DNA of 64,000 nt, from NCBI GenBank assembly GCA_035560975.1, contig DATMYL010000022.1, positions 921 to 64,920 on the forward strand, written 5' to 3'. Made by a program: the position numbers and the translations under genes. This document shows positions 1 through 9,946 of the stretch, one piece after another. The notes below the pieces were generated by a model that was not told the DNA's origin, made no database searches, and was given only the letters and a program-made list of their open reading frames with translations. How positions within the stretch are numbered: position 1 is the stretch's first letter; each line of letters begins with the position of its first letter. The stretch is from Chlorobaculum sp. (GTDB taxonomy: Bacteria > Bacteroidota > Chlorobiia > Chlorobiales > Chlorobiaceae).

Positions 1-2
1 CG

Positions 3-3000
3 GTAAATGTCAACTCCGGCGGCTCGATCAACAGCAGCGGTGTTGTATCGATCTATTACAATCCGTCCGATTACACGAATCCCACTGCATATGCAAACTC
101 CGGGACAGGTACGCTTACGGCCTATATGCTCGTAAACGATATCGGTCCGGAATCTCCAGTATCTGGCAGCAGGGGTCTCCAGGCAGTGAGTCAAAACCTG
201 TCAGGCAATTATGCACTGGGAAAAGACATAGACGCAACAGGGACATCGTCATGGAACTCCGGTGCCGGTTTTATGCCGATCGGGGATGATGTCAATCAAT
301 TCACCGGTATTTTCGATGGCCTGGGACACAAGATCACGGGGCTTACGATCGATCGCAGCGATACGAATTATATCGGTCTATTCGGTTATACCGGGAAGAC
401 TGCCAGAATCTGCAACGTCGGTGTGGTTGGTGGAAATTTTTCCGGTGGCCTGTCTAACAGTTATATCGGTAGCCTGGTAGGCGAAAATGTCGGCGGCACC
501 ATTTCCAACTGTTACAGCACTGCTTCGGTTACCGGCAACCAGAATGACAGCAACATCGGCGGTCTCGTGGGCAGTAATAATGTTGACCCCGACGATTTAA
601 ATATTGTTGGTACTATTTCCGACTCATACAGCACGGGTCAGGTGACTGGCCGTGGGAATGATAGCAGCATTGGTGGTCTGGCAGGTTATAATTCCGGCAC
701 CATCAGCCACTGTTACAGTTCCGGCCAGGTAGCCAGTTCCGGCGAATATAACTACATCGGCGGTCTGGTGGGGTATAATGATTTTACCATAGACAATTCC
801 CACAGCAATGCGCAATTGGATGTCGACGGAATCTGCGACGTAGTTGGTGGTTTGGTAGGATTTAACGGTTACACGATCAGGGATTCCTTCAGTGCGGGTT
901 CAGTGATGGTGTCCGACAATGGAAGTAAAAGTATGGTTGGTGGCCTGGTAGGGCTTAATAGCAACGAGATAACCAATTCTTTCAGTACCGCTTCTGTCAG
1001 TGGCAGCAATACTGCCGATGATAAACAATTCATCGGCGGCCTGGTCGGGATGAATGATTCAGGGACCATTAACACATCCTACAGCACTGGCCCGGTGGGC
1101 TGGAGCGGCGGATCTCATGTCTATGTCGGGGGACTGGCAGGTTATAATGACAATGGCGTTATTGAATCTTCTTATAGCACAGGCTCGGTGACTGGGAGTG
1201 GTTACAACAGCTACGTCGGCGGTCTGGCAGGATATAATGATAATATTGATTCCGGCCATATCTCCTGGTCGTACAGCACTGGTACGGTGACTGGTATCGG
1301 CAGCGGAGCAGAAAACTGCGTCGGTGGCCTTGTGGGGCAGAATTACTACGGCACGATCACCGGATCTTACAGTGCAAGTTCAACGATTGCCGATGGCAAC
1401 GGGAGTGTCAACTATGTCGGCGGCCTGGTCGGCAACAGTAGCGGCCTCATCAATTACTCATACAGTACCGGCTCGGTGTCGTGTACTGGAGACAGTAAGT
1501 ACGTCGGCGGTTTGTTTGGCATCAACAGCGGCCTGATCGAATATTGTTACAGTTCCGGCCTGGTGAATGACGGTGTGAGCGAAAGCAATGTGGGCGGTCT
1601 GGTGGGTATGAATGCCGGCGGGACCTACAATACGTGCTACTGGGATATGGAAAGCTCTCAACAGTCAACGAGCGATGGCGGGACAGCTCTTGCCACAGCC
1701 GAAATGATGCAGTCAGGTTCATTCAACGGCTGGGACTTTTCAGCGTCTACAGGTCAATGGTTCATGGTCGAAGACTGCACCCGGCCGTTTCTGCGTTCGG
1801 AGTGGAGCTCGACGATCACCAACGCTCATCAGTTACAGCTGATGAGCATGGATCCCGGTGCAAACTACAAGTTGGCGAACAACATCGATATGGGCGAACT
1901 CGCCCTCCCCTCCGGCATGTGGAAGGTCGCTGACCCAATATTGGGCAATGAAGGAGGATTTGTTCCTGTTGGTGATTCTACTACACCTTTTACAGGACAT
2001 TTCGACGGCCGGAGCCACACGATCACCGGGCTTACCATTAACAGCTCCTTTGACTCAGTCGGTCTTTTCGGTAGTACGGGCAACACTGCAACAATCAGCA
2101 ACATCGGACTTTACGATGAGAGCATTACCGGTAACAAGGACGACAGTTTCGTCGGCGGTCTTGTGGGGAGTAATAAAGGTTCCATTACCAACTCTTTCTG
2201 TATAGGTTCTGTGTCTGGCACTGGATTCGGCATTTCCGTCGGTGGTGTGGCAGGGGATAATGATGGTGCCATTTCGGATTCATACAGCAATTGCCTGGTC
2301 ACCGGCGTGTTGTACAGCAACCAAAGCAACCTCGGTGGCCTGGTGGGATGGAATAAAATTGGTACCATTACCAACTCCTACAGCTCAGGATCTTTTGACT
2401 ACGTCGGTTTGAGCGATGGTGGCGGAGCTTATATTGGAGGCTTGGTGGGGAGGCAAGACAGCGGCTCCATTACCAATTGCTACTGGTACTCTGATAACTG
2501 GGATACTGAGAAGTTAGGCCCGATAAGAGGAGTAGGATTTGTACAGCCCGACGAAAGTACGGAAGGCTCACTTGTTGAGCCTGTTAAGTTAGGCATTACG
2601 GCTCTTTCACATACAGACATGACGCAGTCGGGTTCATTCGTAGACTGGGATATCGCCAATACCGGCGGTTCGAATGCGGTCTGGCGTATTTACGATGGGT
2701 ATAGCTATCCGTTATTGCGTTCGTTTCTTACACCACTTACTGTAACAGCCGACAGTGACGCCAAGACGTACGACGGACAAGCTTATATCGGCAATTATAG
2801 CCATGTCTACTCCATTTCCGGGGCGGTAACGAATGGAACGATCTCCTATTCAAACGACAGTCAGGGTGCAGTCGATGCCGGAACGTATGATATCAAATTA
2901 AGCGGATTGTATTCCGTCGATCAGCAAGGTTACGACATCAGTTATGTTGCCGGCACGTTGACGATCCGAAAGGCGGACTACACGAAGATCAGCGGAAACA

Positions 3001-3905
3001 AGAGCTATGACGGCAGTACGGGCTTCAGCGACGTGATGCTGGAGGGGGTGAACGGAGAAACGTTCAATGTGGAAAAGGCCATAGCCAACAGCAAGGATGT
3101 CGCTGACGCAGACCATTTTGTGAGCACGGATGGTATGATCATCGGCAATGGCGTCTCGAAGACCTCGAACTACAACGATCTGGACGTGACGAAGCTGACG
3201 GGGACGAACAACAGTGCCACAATAGGCAAGGCAGATTATAAAAAGATCAGCGGAAACAAGAGCTATGACGGTAGCACGGGCTTCAGCGACGTGATGCTGG
3301 AGGGGGTGAACGGAGAAACATTCAAGGTAGAGACGGCCACGGCCAACAGCAAGGATGTATTGACGGCCAGCCACTTCGAAAGTGTCGGCGGCACGATCAG
3401 CGGTAATGATTCCGGATCGAGGACGGACAACTATAACCAACTGAGCCTGGGATCACTGTCGGGCAATACGGCCAGGATCACGGCAAAAGTCATCAACCTC
3501 GACGGCACTAAATACCACGATGGCAATGTCAATTTCATATCATCGAATTTCGGCGTCAATGGCCTTGTTGCCGGCGTCGGATCAGAGTCTCTGAAATTGA
3601 CGGGAACTGGAATCGTCGCATCGCCCGATGTCTCGGCCGGTAAGCAGGTATTGAACCTTGGTGACCTGGCTTTGATTGATGGTGCAAATGGCGGTTTGCG
3701 GACCAATTACACCCTTGATGGCGGAAGTCATTTCGGCACAGTTATCAATAAACCGTACTTTTTTATTCCGAATATTCCACCAAAGGAGCTCGATACAGAT
3801 CCTGAATCCGTCATGAGACGTCGAAAATTAGAATCGATGCATCCGAAAGATCCGGCTGTAACAACAGGGAGTTATACGTTGCCGCACGGAGGTGCGTTTC
3901 TTTGA
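3..3905 (+). CDS. Large secreted filamentous-haemagglutinin/TpsA-like exoprotein, C-terminal part (GLUG-type repeats, MBG-like and YDG-like domains); 5' end lies outside the window
   Basis: The frame is open from base 3 (VNVNSGG...TLTAYMLVND), so ATG 126 is internal. Many 'IGGLVGxN' / 'ISxSYSTGxV' repeats, two 'FTGxFDGxxHxITGLTI' modules, and the 'LTVTADSDAKTYDG...AGTYDI' MBG-like unit. Confidence 0.85.
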   Translation, partial: VNVNSGGSINSSGVVSIYYNPSDYTNPTAYANSGTGTLTAYMLVNDIGPESPVSGSRGLQAVSQNLSGNYALGKDIDATGTSSWNSGAGFMPIGDDVNQFTGIFDGLGHKITGLTIDRSDTNYIGLFGYTGKTARICNVGVVGGNFSGGLSNSYIGSLVGENVGGTISNCYSTASVTGNQNDSNIGGLVGSNNVDPDDLNIVGTISDSYSTGQVTGRGNDSSIGGLAGYNSGTISHCYSSGQVASSGEYNYIGGLVGYNDFTIDNSHSNAQLDVDGICDVVGGLVGFNGYTIRDSFSAGSVMVSDNGSKSMVGGLVGLNSNEITNSFSTASVSGSNTADDKQFIGGLVGMNDSGTINTSYSTGPVGWSGGSHVYVGGLAGYNDNGVIESSYSTGSVTGSGYNSYVGGLAGYNDNIDSGHISWSYSTGTVTGIGSGAENCVGGLVGQNYYGTITGSYSASSTIADGNGSVNYVGGLVGNSSGLINYSYSTGSVSCTGDSKYVGGLFGINSGLIEYCYSSGLVNDGVSESNVGGLVGMNAGGTYNTCYWDMESSQQSTSDGGTALATAEMMQSGSFNGWDFSASTGQWFMVEDCTRPFLRSEWSSTITNAHQLQLMSMDPGANYKLANNIDMGELALPSGMWKVADPILGNEGGFVPVGDSTTPFTGHFDGRSHTITGLTINSSFDSVGLFGSTGNTATISNIGLYDESITGNKDDSFVGGLVGSNKGSITNSFCIGSVSGTGFGISVGGVAGDNDGAISDSYSNCLVTGVLYSNQSNLGGLVGWNKIGTITNSYSSGSFDYVGLSDGGGAYIGGLVGRQDSGSITNCYWYSDNWDTEKLGPIRGVGFVQPDESTEGSLVEPVKLGITALSHTDMTQSGSFVDWDIANTGGSNAVWRIYDGYSYPLLRSFLTPLTVTADSDAKTYDGQAYIGNYSHVYSISGAVTNGTISYSNDSQGAVDAGTYDIKLSGLYSVDQQGYDISYVAGTLTIRKADYTKISGNKSYDGSTGFSDVMLEGVNGETFNVEKAIANSKDVADADHFVSTDGMIIGNGVSKTSNYNDLDVTKLTGTNNSATIGKADYKKISGNKSYDGSTGFSDVMLEGVNGETFKVETATANSKDVLTASHFESVGGTISGNDSGSRTDNYNQLSLGSLSGNTARITAKVINLDGTKYHDGNVNFISSNFGVNGLVAGVGSESLKLTGTGIVASPDVSAGKQVLNLGDLALIDGANGGLRTNYTLDGGSHFGTVINKPYFFIPNIPPKELDTDPESVMRRRKLESMHPKDPAVTTGSYTLPHGGAFL
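2970..3359 (+). repeat. Intragenic direct duplication with 258-bp (86-aa) period
   Basis: AAGATCAGCGGAAACAAGAGCTATGACGG...GACGTGATGCTGGAGGGGGTGAACGGAGAAAC starts at 2985 and again at 3243, nearly identical; AACAGCAAGGATGT occurs at 3087 and 3345. Confidence 0.9.
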
Positions 3906-3967
3906 AACGGGATATTTTCAATCAGGGTAGACCAGTATGTGTTAACTGTTCTGAGATGAAAATCATA

Positions 3968-4001
3968 AAGGCCGGCTCATGGTGACTGATGAGGCGGCCT
4001 T
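3968..4001. terminator. Imperfect hairpin between convergent genes, possible terminator
   Basis: AAGGCCG-G-CTCAT / ATGAG-G-CGGCCTT with an 8-nt loop; no clear U tract. Confidence 0.35.
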
Positions 4002-4052
4002 CATGTACAATGATCCTTCCAGAATCAGCTGATCCCGCTGTTCTGGTCCTGC

Positions 4053-4799
4053 TTACGAGGAGTATGCCTCTGTCAGTAGCAGCAGCTCTGCTTCCCTGAG
4101 TTGCTCGGGGGTGTTGATGCCTCGTATTTCGTTGGGGTCGGAGACTTTGAAGGCGCACACTTTTTTCCCTTTGCTGAAGCATATGCCGAAGACGTCTGTG
4201 AGGTAGTACTCCTGCTGGGCGTTGTTGTTGGTGATGCCGTGCAGGGCGGAAAAGAGTTCCTTCGCATCGAAGACGTAAACTCCTGAATTGATTTCAGATA
4301 CTGCCCGTTCCTGTTCTGAGGCGTCCTTCTGTTCGACTATCCTGAGCACCTCTTCGCCGCCGTCGTTCCTGATGATCCGGCCATATCCGGCAGGGTCTGC
4401 CATTTCGGCGGTCAGTACGGTCGCAACAGCGTTTCTGGAGCGGTGGAAGTCAAGGAGTTCCTTCAGGGTTCGGGTAGTAAACAGCGGTGCGTCTCCCGAG
4501 AGGATGATTATTTCGCCGTTGAAATCCTTCAGGAGCGGCTCGGCCTGCATGACCGCGTGGCCTGTCCCGAGCTGCGGCTGTTGCAGGGCATAGGCGACAG
4601 GAAATCGTGCCGTGGCTGCACGTACCATATCGGCCTGATGACCGACGATCAGCACGATCGATTCGGGATCGAGCGACTGGGATTTTTCGATCACGTACTC
4701 GACGACCGGCCTGCCGTTGGCCGGGTGAAGGACCTTCGGAAGGTCCGAATTCATGCGAGTGCCTTTCCCGGCAGCCATTATGACCACTGCGAGGCTCAT
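4053..4799 (-). CDS. glmU: Sugar-phosphate nucleotidyltransferase matching the GlmU N-terminal uridyltransferase domain only
   Basis: MAAGKGTRMNSDLPKVLH, QLGTGHAV, GYGRIIR, EINSGVY, EYYLTD, GINT motifs; the ORF ends at 248 aa with no hexapeptide domain. Confidence 0.75.
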   Translation of the reverse strand: MSLAVVIMAAGKGTRMNSDLPKVLHPANGRPVVEYVIEKSQSLDPESIVLIVGHQADMVRAATARFPVAYALQQPQLGTGHAVMQAEPLLKDFNGEIIILSGDAPLFTTRTLKELLDFHRSRNAVATVLTAEMADPAGYGRIIRNDGGEEVLRIVEQKDASEQERAVSEINSGVYVFDAKELFSALHGITNNNAQQEYYLTDVFGICFSKGKKVCAFKVSDPNEIRGINTPEQLREAELLLLTEAYSS

Positions 4800-4831
4800 G
4801 GGCGTTTCCTTTGTCTGATGATGGTTGAGCT

Positions 4832-5218
4832 TCAGCCGAGATATTCGTTTTCATCGCCTACGCGGTGGCGACGTTTCGGATTGTTCATCCTGTCGACGAT
4901 CAACACCATCGGTTTCCATGTTTTAGCCTCTTCACGATCCATTTCGGCGAAGGTCATGATGATGATTTCGTCGCCGGGCAAGGCGCAGCGGGCGGCAGCT
5001 CCGTTGAGCTGGATCTCTCTTAGCCCATGGGTTCCTTCGATAATATAGGTCTCAAACCGTTCGCCATTGTTGTTGTTAACCACCAGAACTTTTTCGTTGG
5101 CGATCATATCGGCCATGTCGAGCAGTTCCTTGTCGATGGTTATGCTTCCTTCATATTCAAGATCTCCACTGGTCACTATGGCGTTGTGGATCTTCGATTT
5201 GAGCATGTGCAATTTCAT
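4832..5218 (-). CDS. panD: Aspartate 1-decarboxylase
   Basis: MLKSKIH...YEGSITID (G-S autocleavage site), [14 protein letters not shown]; start placed at the MKLHML ATG. Confidence 0.95.
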   Translation of the reverse strand: MKLHMLKSKIHNAIVTSGDLEYEGSITIDKELLDMADMIANEKVLVVNNNNGERFETYIIEGTHGLREIQLNGAAARCALPGDEIIIMTFAEMDREEAKTWKPMVLIVDRMNNPKRRHRVGDENEYLG

Positions 5219-5240
5219 ACTGATGGAAATAGGGTCAGGG

Positions 5241-5789
5241 TTATTTTGAAACGGCTTCGCCGCTGGCATGAAAAATTTTGTACCGCTTCATGGCTTCATC
5301 GCTTTCGAAACCATATCCCCGAACGGTCTGGGATGGTTTGGTGACGGTAACGTTTTTGTCTGACCGGAGCATGCGGTCGCTGTTTGTACGGGTGATATGT
5401 TCAGTGCGTATGACGGTGCCGTCGCCGGAGCGGATTACGACATCGCCAAAGGCCTCAATATCCTGATTGTCGTGCACAATTCCCCTTGCTGCGGTCATGA
5501 GGGTTGGAGCGTCGCCTTTGCGACTGAATATTGTGACGCTGATTCCCCCATCGATCACAATCTCCTTTTTCTCCCCCTGATGATATTCCGAGGCATGCCG
5601 GGCTTTTACAAGCGTCCTCGAGTTGCCGGAGTCCGAGAGGGCAAGGGTGACGTTCCAGCTCTCCTGAGCAGGCAGCTGTTGTCCGGAAAGACCGGATGTC
5701 GGCATGCGATGCCCTTTTCGGGGGGCATCACAGCCGACGGTACATGACAGTATGGCCAAGAGGAAAAACGTTGTCCGGTGAGAAAACAA
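5241..5789 (-). CDS. lptC: LPS export ABC transporter periplasmic protein LptC
   Basis: N-terminal hydrophobic/lipoprotein-like segment, then beta-jellyroll-like sequence ([25 protein letters not shown]). Confidence 0.7.
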   Translation of the reverse strand: MFSHRTTFFLLAILSCTVGCDAPRKGHRMPTSGLSGQQLPAQESWNVTLALSDSGNSRTLVKARHASEYHQGEKKEIVIDGGISVTIFSRKGDAPTLMTAARGIVHDNQDIEAFGDVVIRSGDGTVIRTEHITRTNSDRMLRSDKNVTVTKPSQTVRGYGFESDEAMKRYKIFHASGEAVSK

Positions 5790-5807
5790 GGGGCGTCCAG
5801 GCGAGCG

Positions 5808-6344
5808 TTACTTGATGTTCAACTGGTCGAGCACCTTGAAGGTGATATCGGACTGTGTATCTCCGTATACCCGGATGTTCTTGTCTAAAATCATGCTGTA
5901 TCCATCTTTCTTTGCAATCGATTCGACAGCGCCATCGATTTTCTGGCGGATGGGGGCAACAAGATCCTGCTCTTTCTTGGCAAGAGCGTTCGATTTCTCG
6001 GCTGCGAGTTTTCTGAGGCTTTCATCTTTACCCTGCAGCTCTTTTTCCTTCGCGGCATCGGCTTTGCCGGTCTTCTGCTTCTGCTTCAGGTAGGTCTGGA
6101 CAGCGTTCTGGAGATCGCTCTGCATTTTACCGAGTTCGGTGTTGGTCTGGTTTCTCGCAGCACCCATGGTCTGCTCTGCAGTTTTGGTCTCGGGCATCTG
6201 CTGGAAAATCTTGCCGTAATCTACTACACCGATTTTCTGGCTGCCGTCTGCGGCAAAAGCGATAGGAGCTGAGTATAGCATGCCCACAGTGAGGGCCATG
6301 AGCAAGGAGCGTGAAATGGTCTTGAGTCCTTTGAATTCTGACAT
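5808..6344 (-). CDS. skp: OmpH/Skp periplasmic chaperone
   Basis: Signal peptide, KIGVVDYGKIF, long coiled coil, IAKKDGYSMILD...DITFKVL. Confidence 0.85.
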   Translation of the reverse strand: MSEFKGLKTISRSLLMALTVGMLYSAPIAFAADGSQKIGVVDYGKIFQQMPETKTAEQTMGAARNQTNTELGKMQSDLQNAVQTYLKQKQKTGKADAAKEKELQGKDESLRKLAAEKSNALAKKEQDLVAPIRQKIDGAVESIAKKDGYSMILDKNIRVYGDTQSDITFKVLDQLNIK

Positions 6345-6513
6345 TATGCGTTCGGTTAGGGTTTGCAATCAAAAAAAAGCGTCCGGTTCAGATACTAATC
6401 ATTGAAAGGACACTTTCAAAAGTAATAATTCCGATCATAAAATGCTATTCCCGCAGAGAAAATCGATGTGGTGTCCGACGGATGAGTGAAATAGAGAAAA
6501 AGAGCGGCGCGGC

Positions 6514-7668
6514 TCATCGTTTCAGCATATCACGCAGCCGGAACAACTGTCCGGGTTCCTGTTCGATTGCCCGCTTTATTTCGAGTTCGAACAGATGGAC
6601 CAGAAGCGTATCGATGGTCAAACCGGTTGACCCTGCAATGATGTCTATATGAAGAGGTCCGTTTTCCAGGGCTTCGATGATGCGCGACTCTTCGCTCGAA
6701 AGGCCTGTTGGAAACGACAGCGACTCCTGGTTGGGACGAGTCGCGGCAGAAACCGTCTGGGGGAGTTCGACGATGATGTCGTCGCTCGAGAGTACGGGCT
6801 TTGCCTGACATCGCTGGATCAGCAGATTCGTACCGCGTGACGCGCGGGAGAAGATGTTTCCCGGCACGGCGAATACTTCACGGTTCTGTTCGATGGCGCA
6901 TGACGCCGTAATCATCGAACCGCCCTTGATGTCCGATTCCACGACGAGCGTTCCCGATGAAAGTCCGGAGATCAGGCGGTTCCTCCTGGGGAAATTGCCG
7001 GCCACGGGCTCTCGTCCGATCCACTCTTCGGAGACGATGGCCCCATGTTCGAGGATTTTCGGCCAAAGCCTGCCGGCAGGGTCCGTATAGATGTTGTCGA
7101 TGCCGCACCCAAGGACGGCGATGGTCGTCCCACCGGTATCTATCGCAGTCCGATGCGCCGCCATGTCGATGCCGTAGGCCAGACCGCTGAGAATGGTGTA
7201 GCCGCTGTAAACAAGGTCGCGGCAGAAAAACTCGGTGGCCTGTTTTCCGTACGGGGAAGCTTTGCGCGTTCCTACGACGGCAACTGATGTGTTTGAGAGT
7301 GCCGATGGGTCGCCACGCACGAACAGCAGCGACGGTGGATCGTAGATCTGCCTGAGCAGCGCAGGATAGGAGTTGTCGAGGATAGTTACGATGGATGCAC
7401 CGAGCTTTCCGGCGCGTTCGATCTGATCGACTGCCGCTTCATGGGCCTTTCGGCGCCAGGATGTGCTGCCAAGGTTCGATGCGATATCCCGTGCCAGGGA
7501 CTCGCCGATGCCCGATACCTGCATGAATGCATCGGCATCGGCGTCGAGCAGCGATGAGTCCGGGCCGAAATGGCTTATGATGGCAAGGGTCCTTGCCGGT
7601 CCGATGCCGGGCAGCTGCGAAAGTACGAGCAGCAGGAGATCACTTTCGCGTTCAGGGGTAACGCTCAT
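6514..7668 (-). CDS. dprA: DNA-processing protein DprA
   Basis: YPALLRQIYDPP, VGTRKAS, SGLAYGID, FPRRNRLISGLS, C-terminal winged helix. Confidence 0.95.
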   Translation of the reverse strand: MSVTPERESDLLLLVLSQLPGIGPARTLAIISHFGPDSSLLDADADAFMQVSGIGESLARDIASNLGSTSWRRKAHEAAVDQIERAGKLGASIVTILDNSYPALLRQIYDPPSLLFVRGDPSALSNTSVAVVGTRKASPYGKQATEFFCRDLVYSGYTILSGLAYGIDMAAHRTAIDTGGTTIAVLGCGIDNIYTDPAGRLWPKILEHGAIVSEEWIGREPVAGNFPRRNRLISGLSSGTLVVESDIKGGSMITASCAIEQNREVFAVPGNIFSRASRGTNLLIQRCQAKPVLSSDDIIVELPQTVSAATRPNQESLSFPTGLSSEESRIIEALENGPLHIDIIAGSTGLTIDTLLVHLFELEIKRAIEQEPGQLFRLRDMLKR

Positions 7669-7749
7669 GGTCAGTTTGCTGGGTCTTGATTGTCCCGGAT
7701 GTTCAGTCTCCCATTTTCAGGCCGGGATCAGCCCTTTTATTCGAGCAGT

Positions 7750-8748
7750 TCAGAAATCGCGTTTCATGAGTATGCAGGCGAATCCCTTGAGATATTCCCG
7801 TCCTTCAACGGAGGGCAGGAGGTCGACTGCTGCAAGGGCCTCTTCGGTATCCCTGTTGATGCGATCCTGTGTTTCGCCGAGCACCCCACAGCGTTCGTAA
7901 ATCGCCTTCACAACCGGCACCTGATCCGGGGTAGTGCCTTTGTTGTCGATGATCGACTGCAGAAGCTGCCTGTCGTTTCCCGATGCGAGTTCGAGGGAGC
8001 GGAGCAGGAGCCAGGTTTTCTTGCCGTTGATGACGTCTCCACCGGGGACTTTGCCCGATTTGCCGTCTCCGGCCATGATGTCGAGATAATCGTCCTGGAT
8101 CTGGAAGGCGCGACCGATCTTTTCGCCGAAGGTGACCAGGGCCGCTACCTGTTCGGGGGTTCCGTTGCCGGCTACACCGCCGGCTTCAAGTGCCGCCGAG
8201 ATCAGGCGTCCCGTCTTTTTTGAGATCATGTCGAGGTAGTCGGCGATGGAGACATCCTTGCGCAGTTCGAGCTCCATGTCGAGGGCCTGACCTTCACAGA
8301 TGGTGATGTTGGCGTCGTTGAAGATATGGATGACCTCTGCATGGCGTGCGGAGAGAGCTTTCAGCGCCAGTTCATAAGCGTATGCGATCATCATGTCTCC
8401 CGACAGGATGGCGGCGTTGACGTCCCACTGCTTGTGGACGGTAGGGCGTCCGTGCCGGAGGTCTGCCTGGTCCATGATGTCGTCGTGCATCAGGGTGAAA
8501 TTGTGCAGCACCTCGACGCCGAGTGCGACGCCGAGGGCGTCATCGGCAGAGCCGCAGACAGATTCAGCAGCCAGGAGCGTCAGGAACGGACGGATCCTTT
8601 TTCCTTTTCCTTCGAGGATGTATCGTGCCGGACCGTAGAGTGTGGCCGGGCTCTCTTTCTGAAAACATCCGGCGAGAGCTTCGTTGATTCTCGCGTGGTA
8701 TTGATGGTATCTGGATTCGACCTGTTCCTGGGTTATCTGTAAAGTCAT
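7750..8748 (-). CDS. crtE: Polyprenyl diphosphate synthase (GGPP synthase-like)
   Basis: GKRIRP, HDDIMD...RHGRPT, QDDYLD (two Asp-rich motifs); start at MTLQIT, just after fni. Confidence 0.75.
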   Translation of the reverse strand: MTLQITQEQVESRYHQYHARINEALAGCFQKESPATLYGPARYILEGKGKRIRPFLTLLAAESVCGSADDALGVALGVEVLHNFTLMHDDIMDQADLRHGRPTVHKQWDVNAAILSGDMMIAYAYELALKALSARHAEVIHIFNDANITICEGQALDMELELRKDVSIADYLDMISKKTGRLISAALEAGGVAGNGTPEQVAALVTFGEKIGRAFQIQDDYLDIMAGDGKSGKVPGGDVINGKKTWLLLRSLELASGNDRQLLQSIIDNKGTTPDQVPVVKAIYERCGVLGETQDRINRDTEEALAAVDLLPSVEGREYLKGFACILMKRDF

Positions 8749-8759
8749 GACGCCGGTGC

Positions 8760-9833
8760 TCAAGGTTGTTTGTGGATTGAAGCTTTTTTCAGCTGTTTTA
8801 TGGTGGCCGATCCGGTCAGGAACATCACGGCCTTCAGGTCGTTCGTCCAGGTCTCGATGATGCGGTCGAGCGTTCCTGCATGAAGAGCTTTGAGCAGATG
8901 CTGTGCGGAAGCGGCAATGTCCGCGCCGAGGGCGATTGATTTTGCGATATCGATGCCGTTGCGGATCCCGCCGGAGGAGATGACGCCGAGCGGCTCGTAA
9001 CCGGGGTGCTGTTTTTTTAACGCTGCGATGCCTGTCAGGCAATCTGAAGTGGGGATTCCCCAGTTCAGCAGTTCATCGAGGGCCGTTGGGCTGAACCGGT
9101 CCTCATGGCCGAACCGTTCGATATAGCGGCACTCTTCGACCTTCTGCCAGCTGATTCCGCCCGCGCCGGCGACATCGACAGCCTTGACGCCGGCATCGGC
9201 CAGTTTTCGGGCGACCGTAGCCGATATGCCGCAGCCGACCTCTTTGGCGATGACCGGGACGGAGATGGTCGAGCTGATGTCGTGAAGCTTGTCGAGGAAG
9301 CCTCTGAAAGCTGTACTTCCCTCCGGCTGGAACAGCTCCTGTGCAGGATTGAGGTGCACGATCAGCGCGTCGGCTCCGATAAGGTCGAGCATCGAAGTGA
9401 GCTGTGCCCTGCTCAGGCCTGCGGCGACTTCGGGAGCCCCGATGTTGGCGTAGACCGGTATCGATGGCGCCGATTTACGGACGATGGCGAAGCTTTCCCT
9501 GTGTGACGAACCTTCGAGGGCCTGCCTCATGCTGCCGACGCCGAGCGGGATGCGGTACCGTTCAGCTGCCTCGGCCAGGGTTCGGTTCAGGGAGAGTGCT
9601 TCTCCATAGCCTCCGGTCATCGACGAGACCATGAGCGGCAGGCCGATCCTGCGGCCGAGGAATTCGGTAGTCAGGTCGATCTCCGCGGCGTCGATCTCCG
9701 GCGCTGCGTTATGCTCGAACTTCCATGATGCAAAGCCGGTATCCTGACCGTCGAAACAGACTTCACGGTGCAGGCAGATATCGACGTGGCTGTGTTTCCT
9801 TTCGGCAGTTATGGTAGCGCTTTTCTGAGGCAT
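8760..9833 (-). CDS. fni: Type 2 isopentenyl-diphosphate delta-isomerase (FMN-dependent)
   Basis: [47 protein letters not shown]. Confidence 0.95.
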   Translation of the reverse strand: MPQKSATITAERKHSHVDICLHREVCFDGQDTGFASWKFEHNAAPEIDAAEIDLTTEFLGRRIGLPLMVSSMTGGYGEALSLNRTLAEAAERYRIPLGVGSMRQALEGSSHRESFAIVRKSAPSIPVYANIGAPEVAAGLSRAQLTSMLDLIGADALIVHLNPAQELFQPEGSTAFRGFLDKLHDISSTISVPVIAKEVGCGISATVARKLADAGVKAVDVAGAGGISWQKVEECRYIERFGHEDRFSPTALDELLNWGIPTSDCLTGIAALKKQHPGYEPLGVISSGGIRNGIDIAKSIALGADIAASAQHLLKALHAGTLDRIIETWTNDLKAVMFLTGSATIKQLKKASIHKQP

Positions 9834-9946
9834 ATGTTGTCAAGTGATACGATCGTAACTCGGGACGATTTTCAGAGGTGCCCTTAAAAGTATAACTTAC
9901 AGAAAATATACCATAACTTTTTTCAGGCTAGCCCGACTCCTCCGGA

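Noticed and set aside
7750-9833. Type-2 IPP isomerase alongside the MEP-pathway gene ispH
   Set aside because: A known combination in phototrophs with high isoprenoid demand.
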